DNA of 64,000 nucleotides from Amoebidium appalachense. Taxonomy: Eukaryota > Protista > Ichthyosporea. The translations under genes and the position numbers were made by a program. The stretch spans positions 15,843,615-15,907,614 of the forward strand of contig CAVNZM010000002.1 of NCBI GenBank assembly GCA_963693365.1. The letters run 5' to 3'. The notes below the pieces were generated by a model that saw only the letters and a list, made by a program, of their open reading frames with translations, had not been told where the DNA came from and did not search any database. Shown piece after piece: positions 57,897 to 64,000 of this stretch (position 1 is its first letter; every line of letters begins with the position of its first letter).

Positions 57897-58617
57897 GTGG
57901 CACGAGAGGAAGGGGGAGGGGGAGGGGGGAGTGAAGGGGACGCGGAAGAAGAAAATGCGTGTGTTCTGGCAGCAGAAGCCCAAATCTTGACCGGCAGGCA
58001 CATTCAAGCTCTACGTTGGAGGGCTTTGGTGCTTGTGGGAAAGGAGGAACGATCGAGGGAGTGGACGAAGGGGCAGGAGCGGGGGGAGGGGGAGGGGGGG
58101 GGGAGGGGGGGGGGGGTGGAGGGGGCACGTACGGCAAGCTCCTGGCCGGCAGCGGTGGCCTCCTGGATACCCTTCTCGGACAGGGGCACATCCACCCAGC
58201 CGGTGAAGCGGTTCTCCACGTTCCACTGGCTCTCGCCTGCAGGGAGGGAAGGAGAAAGGATTGAATGAACAAGTGTGAAGATCGGAGAACCAAAAGACAG
58301 ATTCTGCAAGTGAGGAGCAAGGAGGAAGGCATCCAAGCGTGGTAGGGCTGAATGAAAGCTATTTTTATTCCTAAACACCTGACACCGCTTCACCATGCAC
58401 GTAGGGGGTTTGCCTCCCGAGGGAAGGAAAAAGACCTGGAGAGTTCGTGCTTGGTCATAACTCTGAGGCTAACATGATGCGTCAGAATACGAAAGGCGAG
58501 CTATAACGACAAGCACGTCACAGAAGACTTTGTCTATAATGAGTATTTCCGTGGTTTTATACTGTAAGGGTTTTATGAGAGCGTACCGTGGCGCATAAGC
58601 ACGAGCGTGTACACCAT
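56293..58617 (-). CDS. gpmA: 2,3-bisphosphoglycerate-dependent phosphoglycerate mutase, 4 exons
   Basis: Exons 58617-58587, 58236-58133, 57464-57123, 56598-56293. Motifs [59 protein letters not shown]. Confidence 0.96.
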
Positions 58618-59617
58618 TTTCGCGTTGTGAGAGAGTCGCCGGATGAGGTTTTCTGACTGAGGCGTGGAACGAATTTGGTTTTATACCTCGGCAGTTTTGT
58701 GCATTGACGAATCAAATGAAAGTGTTTCCAATTCACGCGCTTTTGGTTGGTAGATCACAGGATTCACAGCTACTGGCTGAGTGCCGAATTCCCTAACTTG
58801 CCATATATGGGTAATCCGTATATGGTAGTTTCTTATAGCGCCATGCTGATTGGTTACCATAATGGAAGGTCATGGCCAATCGGTGGCGCAGTGCAGCCAA
58901 ACATTTTGCCAGCCTTCCTCCTGACTAAAGAAAATCAAAACAGACAAGGAACGCATTTTATAGCCTTTATAGAACTGTTAATTAGCTTATAAAAATAATC
59001 CCCCTATTATTCACGTGTCAGATATATCTCCATTCAAGGTCTGTAAGTGTTGCCCTCCTCGGCGGCAAGATTTGATCAGTCATGATTTCCGAAGTGTGCC
59101 AGCCTTGCAGCCCTTGCTGTCACCCTTGCCAAGACTCTGGCGCCGGCCAAGTTGGAGGGCTTTGAGGTGGGCCTGTTCAAGCCAATATTTACAGCAGCTT
59201 GGATATACTTGCTATTTCGATGATTTAATCATACCTAGTATTACTAGCCATGTGTACACAGCGTTGTCATGCGCATATGCTTGTGATGGCCCACTGCATC
59301 ATCCTCAAGATCGACGCAATAACCTTCAGAAACATTCACTGAGATCCAGCATGAACTCAAGTTCATGACCTCACACCGACACGCATGAACGCATGCAAAC
59401 ACGCACCTGAAACCTGAACACAGATATACCATACATGCACACGATTCGATCCCAAGACGATCCCAAACCCTTCACACATGCGTGCCCATGCACACACCCC
59501 CATGTACCGTGGGCTCACCCACCCACCCACCCCCTTCCCCCCCCCCTCCCCCCCTCCCCCCCGCCACACACACAAACACGTGGCAAATACACAAACACAC
59601 ATACACACACATACACA

Positions 59618-59660
<43 letters not shown>

Positions 59661-60080
59661 ACACACGCACGCACATACACACACACACACACACACAAGC
59701 CACGTGCCACACACAAAAAACACACACACACAAGCCACACAGGCCACACTCAAGACATACACACGGTCACACACAAGAATTTTAACGCACACACCTACAC
59801 ACGTACGTAGATTTGTTCGAATGGTTATAGGTCTACCCACAACATTTACAAACACACGCCGTGAAACACACTCACGGACATACACGCGCGCGCACATATA
59901 TGCACACACAATACCTAGATCTGACACACACTAACATGCACACACACACATTGAAACGCAAGTACACGCACAGTCACAGATGTACATATACATTTCCTAG
60001 ATCACCCACACAGGACCATACTTGAATTTCATCCAGGCGTGCGCTACACACAGGACACACACAACATACTCACACACACA

Positions 60081-60127
<47 letters not shown>

Positions 60128-60130
60128 CAT

Positions 60131-60261
<131 letters not shown>

Positions 60262-60299
60262 CACACGCACACACACACGCGCGCACACACACACGCGCG

Positions 60300-60345
<46 letters not shown>

Positions 60346-60576
60346 GGGCATGCATAGTTACATAGTAGAAGGACCTAAGGCACACGGAGGAACACATGCC
60401 TATACTTCGGATTCCGGATTCGTGAAGTGGTTACACATGCTTGCACCCACATATCTACAAAGGGTAATATCGGCTTGACATATACAGACACGCACACGCT
60501 GTTCTTCTTGCGCCGACCACAGGCACATACACGTACATTAATGACTACACACGACCAATGTGCATTCACACTTAAA

Positions 60577-60976
60577 AGGGATTTTTGACTTTGAGAATGG
60601 GGGGGGGTAGGGGGGAGGGGGGGGGGGGGGAGAAGAAATATTGACTTCCCCCCTGGTAGTAACCCACTCCCAGCCCCTCCCGGGGCCATGGGTGGTTCCC
60701 CCTCCCCTCCCCCCCCCCCCCCCCCCCCCCTCTCCCCCAAGGTAACCGCAGGGGGTGGGTGGGTCCCCCCCCCCTTCCCCCCCGCTTGGCCGATGGGGTG
60801 GTGGGTCCCCCCCCCCCCCCCCCCTCCCAATAAGCGTGATCATGATATTAAAGAGTCTCATTTCCACCCACCGAAGGTTGTCTTGTTCGTTTTTTTTTAA
60901 ATATCTTTTTTTTAATTTTTTAATTATTTTTTTCTTCTTTTGGAGCGACCTCCGTTTTGGCCACTGACGCATATCA

Positions 60977-61018
<42 letters not shown>

Positions 61019-61040
61019 ACATACACACACTCACCGTGGT

Positions 61041-61110
<70 letters not shown>

Positions 61111-61121
61111 CACACACGTGT

Positions 61122-61168
<47 letters not shown>

Positions 61169-61179
61169 CACACACGTGT

Positions 61180-61223
<44 letters not shown>

Positions 61224-61542
61224 ACTTCTCACGCGTCCGTGCGGGGGGGGGGGGGGGGGGGGGTGGGGGGGGGATTATGACCGTACGGCATATAGCCTGT
61301 GTTTCAGGTAATCAGGAATCCGATTAGTTAGCCTCAATGTTTCCGTTTTGGAATTGTATGTAAACCGCTGCTGATTATATAGTACCATTATGCGGTTAGG
61401 TCATCTGCTACTGTACAATTAGTCACATAATGGCAGCCTATAGGGTACCGGTGGGTGGGTCCCCCCTCCCTCCCCCCCCTACTCAGGTGGGTGGTGGGTT
61501 CCCCAGCCCCCTCCCCCTGCTAGCCGGAGGGGTGGGTGGGTC

Positions 61543-61597
<55 letters not shown>

Positions 61598-61635
61598 CCA
61601 CTACCCCCCTCGCCGTATCAAAATCAAGAATCCCT
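60577..61635. mobile_element. Non-autonomous TIR-bounded element (imperfect ~18-bp TIRs)
   Basis: AGGGATTTTTGACTTTGA at 60577 versus TCAAAATCAAGAATCCCT ending at 61635 (reverse complement AGGGATTCTTGATTTTGA). Subterminal GGTGGGTCCCC motifs near both ends; related sequence at ~3983-4330. Confidence 0.5.
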
Positions 61636-61979
61636 AATTTGATGCTGCTTGACAAGTGGTCTTTTTTTTGTCTGAGACTGTCTTCTGAGAATTCTGTCTT
61701 CCCCTCGCCCCTTCCTTCGGCTATCATATGTTACTTGTGCCCTCTGAATTGATGGACGGTCCATTTTATCGGATATACATCGATCCGAGCCCCCCCCTCC
61801 CCCCTCCCCCCTCCCTTCCTTCCTCCCCCCGCCCCCCCCACACACACCCAGCCTCCTCCATCCCCCCCCTCCCCTCCCCCCCCCCCCCTCCCGCCTTGGT
61901 GCCTCCTCTTTCCCGTTGCCTTTCATTCCAAGACCCACTACTTCCCCTCCCCCCTCTCCCCTCCCCCCCCTCCCCCCCC

Positions 61980-62024
<45 letters not shown>

Positions 62025-62230
62025 AACTACAAAAGAAAAGAAAGGAAATTGAAAGGAAAAGAAAAGAATGAAAAGAAAGAAACCAAAGAAAAGAGAAGAA
62101 CTCGACTTTTAAATAACTTGAAAAGAAGAGAGAGAGCGCCGGGGGCCCAGGGGAAGAGGAAGGGGGTGGGGGACGAGATGCCAGAAAGAGACGGAAGAGG
62201 GGCGGCGGGGGCTCAGGGGGGGGAGGGAGG

Positions 62231-62287
<57 letters not shown>

Positions 62288-62872
62288 TTACAGAGAGAGA
62301 GAGAGAGATCTAGAGAGAGAGAGACCTAGAGATTTGGAGAGAGAGAGAGATCTAGAGAGAAAGAGAGAGATGTAGAGAGAGAGAGAGAGATCTAGAGAGA
62401 GAGAGAGAGGAGAAGGGGAGGGCCGGGGCAGGGGGGAAGAGAGGGAGTGAGAGGGGAGCCCCCCCCCCCCCCCTCCTCCGGCCCTTCTTTCTTCCTTCCT
62501 TGTTTATTTGTTTTTTTTGTTCTGTTTTTTTAACCCCCTCTCTGTGCCGGCCGCCGGGGGGGGGGGAGGGGAGGGGGGGGGGGGGGGGGAAGAAAACGGG
62601 GCTGTTAGAATTTCGTTGGGAGCTGGCATTAGGGGGTTCTTTGTATCTTGGTCAACCACAACCTTTCACACTCACCAGCCAGGACACATACGTAGTATAA
62701 AAACTCCATGGCCACATAGCCAATCATCTGCCTCTGTTATAATCATGCATTTTCCGGGCAGCTGACCAGCAGCACACATCACATCACCTAATACTAGCCA
62801 CCCTTACCTTATATGTTCATTATAATATTCACCCGTATCCCGCAACCTTAAATACCAATACTCCATAGCTGG

Positions 62873-63845
62873 CTAGGAGCCCAACTGTTCACCATCAGCG
62901 CTCTCTACCTGCTTCTTTTGGTGCACTTTACGATGCAGACGCAAGTTACTTTTATAATTAAACCCCGCACCACACACCTCACACTTATAGGGCCGGGCGT
63001 GGGTGTGGAAATTTATGTGCTCCTTCAATCTCTCTCTGTCGAAAAACTTGGCAGGGCAGTGCGGACACTCGTGTGCTTTGATCCCATTGTGTCTCGGTTT
63101 GTGTGCCTGCAAGTTAGCATTTGATGTAAACGCCTTGCCACAGCCCTCATGATCGCACAACCAATTTCTCTCCACCCCCTGACCTGATGATTGTTCCGCT
63201 CGTTTTTTCGTCTGCACCGCCTGTGGATGTTCCTTTCTCCTATGTGCCCTCAGTTTTAACTGCGAGTCGCATTGCTCATGACACCCTGCTACATTGCACA
63301 AAAATATCCGCACAAAGGCGTGTCCGTGCATGTGCTTGATGAAATCCGACTGCCGTTCAAACCATTGCCCGCAACCACTGAACGCACACGCATGCACCTC
63401 GTGCCTGCCCTCCGTCCCCAAATCCACCTCATGCATAACCTGTGCATGCTGAATATATTCCTGAGAGTTGGCAAATGTAGCCCCACACCCAAACATGCGG
63501 CACAGATAGGGCTCATGTGCATGCACGGCCAAATGTGCCCTCAAATCCAGCCCCGACGTAAAAATTGCACTGCAGCCGTAGTATTCGCATGCATGTTCGT
63601 CATCCTCCACGTGTGATTGCATGTGCGTGTTTCGTTCCAGTTTGTCTGTGTACGGCGCACCACATATGCGACATGCGCCTAAGGGTTCGACGTGCGTGTC
63701 GCTGATGTGTTGTTGACGAGCGAGAGGGGAGGAGAAGAGGGAGGGGCAGCCCTCCATGGGGCATGGGTAGAGTTTTCCGCCGTGGAAGGAGGCCATGTGC
63801 ATGAGGAGGAGTGACTTGCTCTCGAAGGACATGCCGCAGTCGGTG

Positions 63846-63847
<2 letters not shown>
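62873..63847 (-). CDS. Multi-C2H2 zinc-finger protein, last exon (upstream exons not identified)
   Basis: Acceptor cacacAG at 63849-63848, then about ten CxxC/CxxxxC...HxxxH fingers, e.g. CDHEGCGKAFTSNANLQAHKPRH and HTHARPYKCEVCGAGFNYKSNLRLHRKVH. Confidence 0.9.
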
Positions 63848-63889
<42 letters not shown>

Positions 63890-64000
63890 GTGTTTGTGTG
63901 ACCAAACGTGTACGTGTAATTCGACAGGGCAAAAGAAATTAGGTATCGAAAGGGAGCGAGAAAGCAGTCAGTTTGTGCATCTGTGTTGGCTACACTACCG

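Noticed and set aside
63939-63957. ttaggtatcgaaagggagc resembling the upstream motif of repeat copy 6
   Set aside because: Short match lacking the GCTTC/GAAGC hairpin, at the window edge; cannot be supported.

Overview
Eukaryotic, intron-rich genomic DNA packed with (CA/GT)n, (GA/CT)n and poly-C/poly-G tracts, so most ORFs in the supplied track are microsatellite artefacts. Gene content suggests a unicellular opisthokont such as an ichthyosporean-type holozoan; this is inference only. Spliced genes reconstructed by hand: the 5' part of a chitin-synthase-like GT2 gene (-), an 18-exon threonyl-tRNA synthetase (+), a 9-exon class I Fe-S fumarate hydratase (+), a 12-exon HRD1/synoviolin E3 ligase (+), three mosaic and apparently disabled TRAF-like genes, a 4-exon cofactor-dependent phosphoglycerate mutase (-) and the last exon of a multi-C2H2 zinc-finger gene (-). 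The most striking unexplained signal is a dispersed repeat with at least 7 copies in several subfamilies. Most copies sit in or beside poly-C tracts, share a 3' end and vary at the 5' end. They carry a ~155-nt structured RNA with compensatory base changes, a self-complementary hairpin loop and all three strands of a hammerhead ribozyme core in a non-standard order. The longest copy carries an ORF fragment resembling the end of a Penelope-like reverse transcriptase. Also present: a 665-bp foldback palindrome, a tRNA-headed SINE-like element, a TIR-bounded element, and many introns bracketed by complementary repeats.
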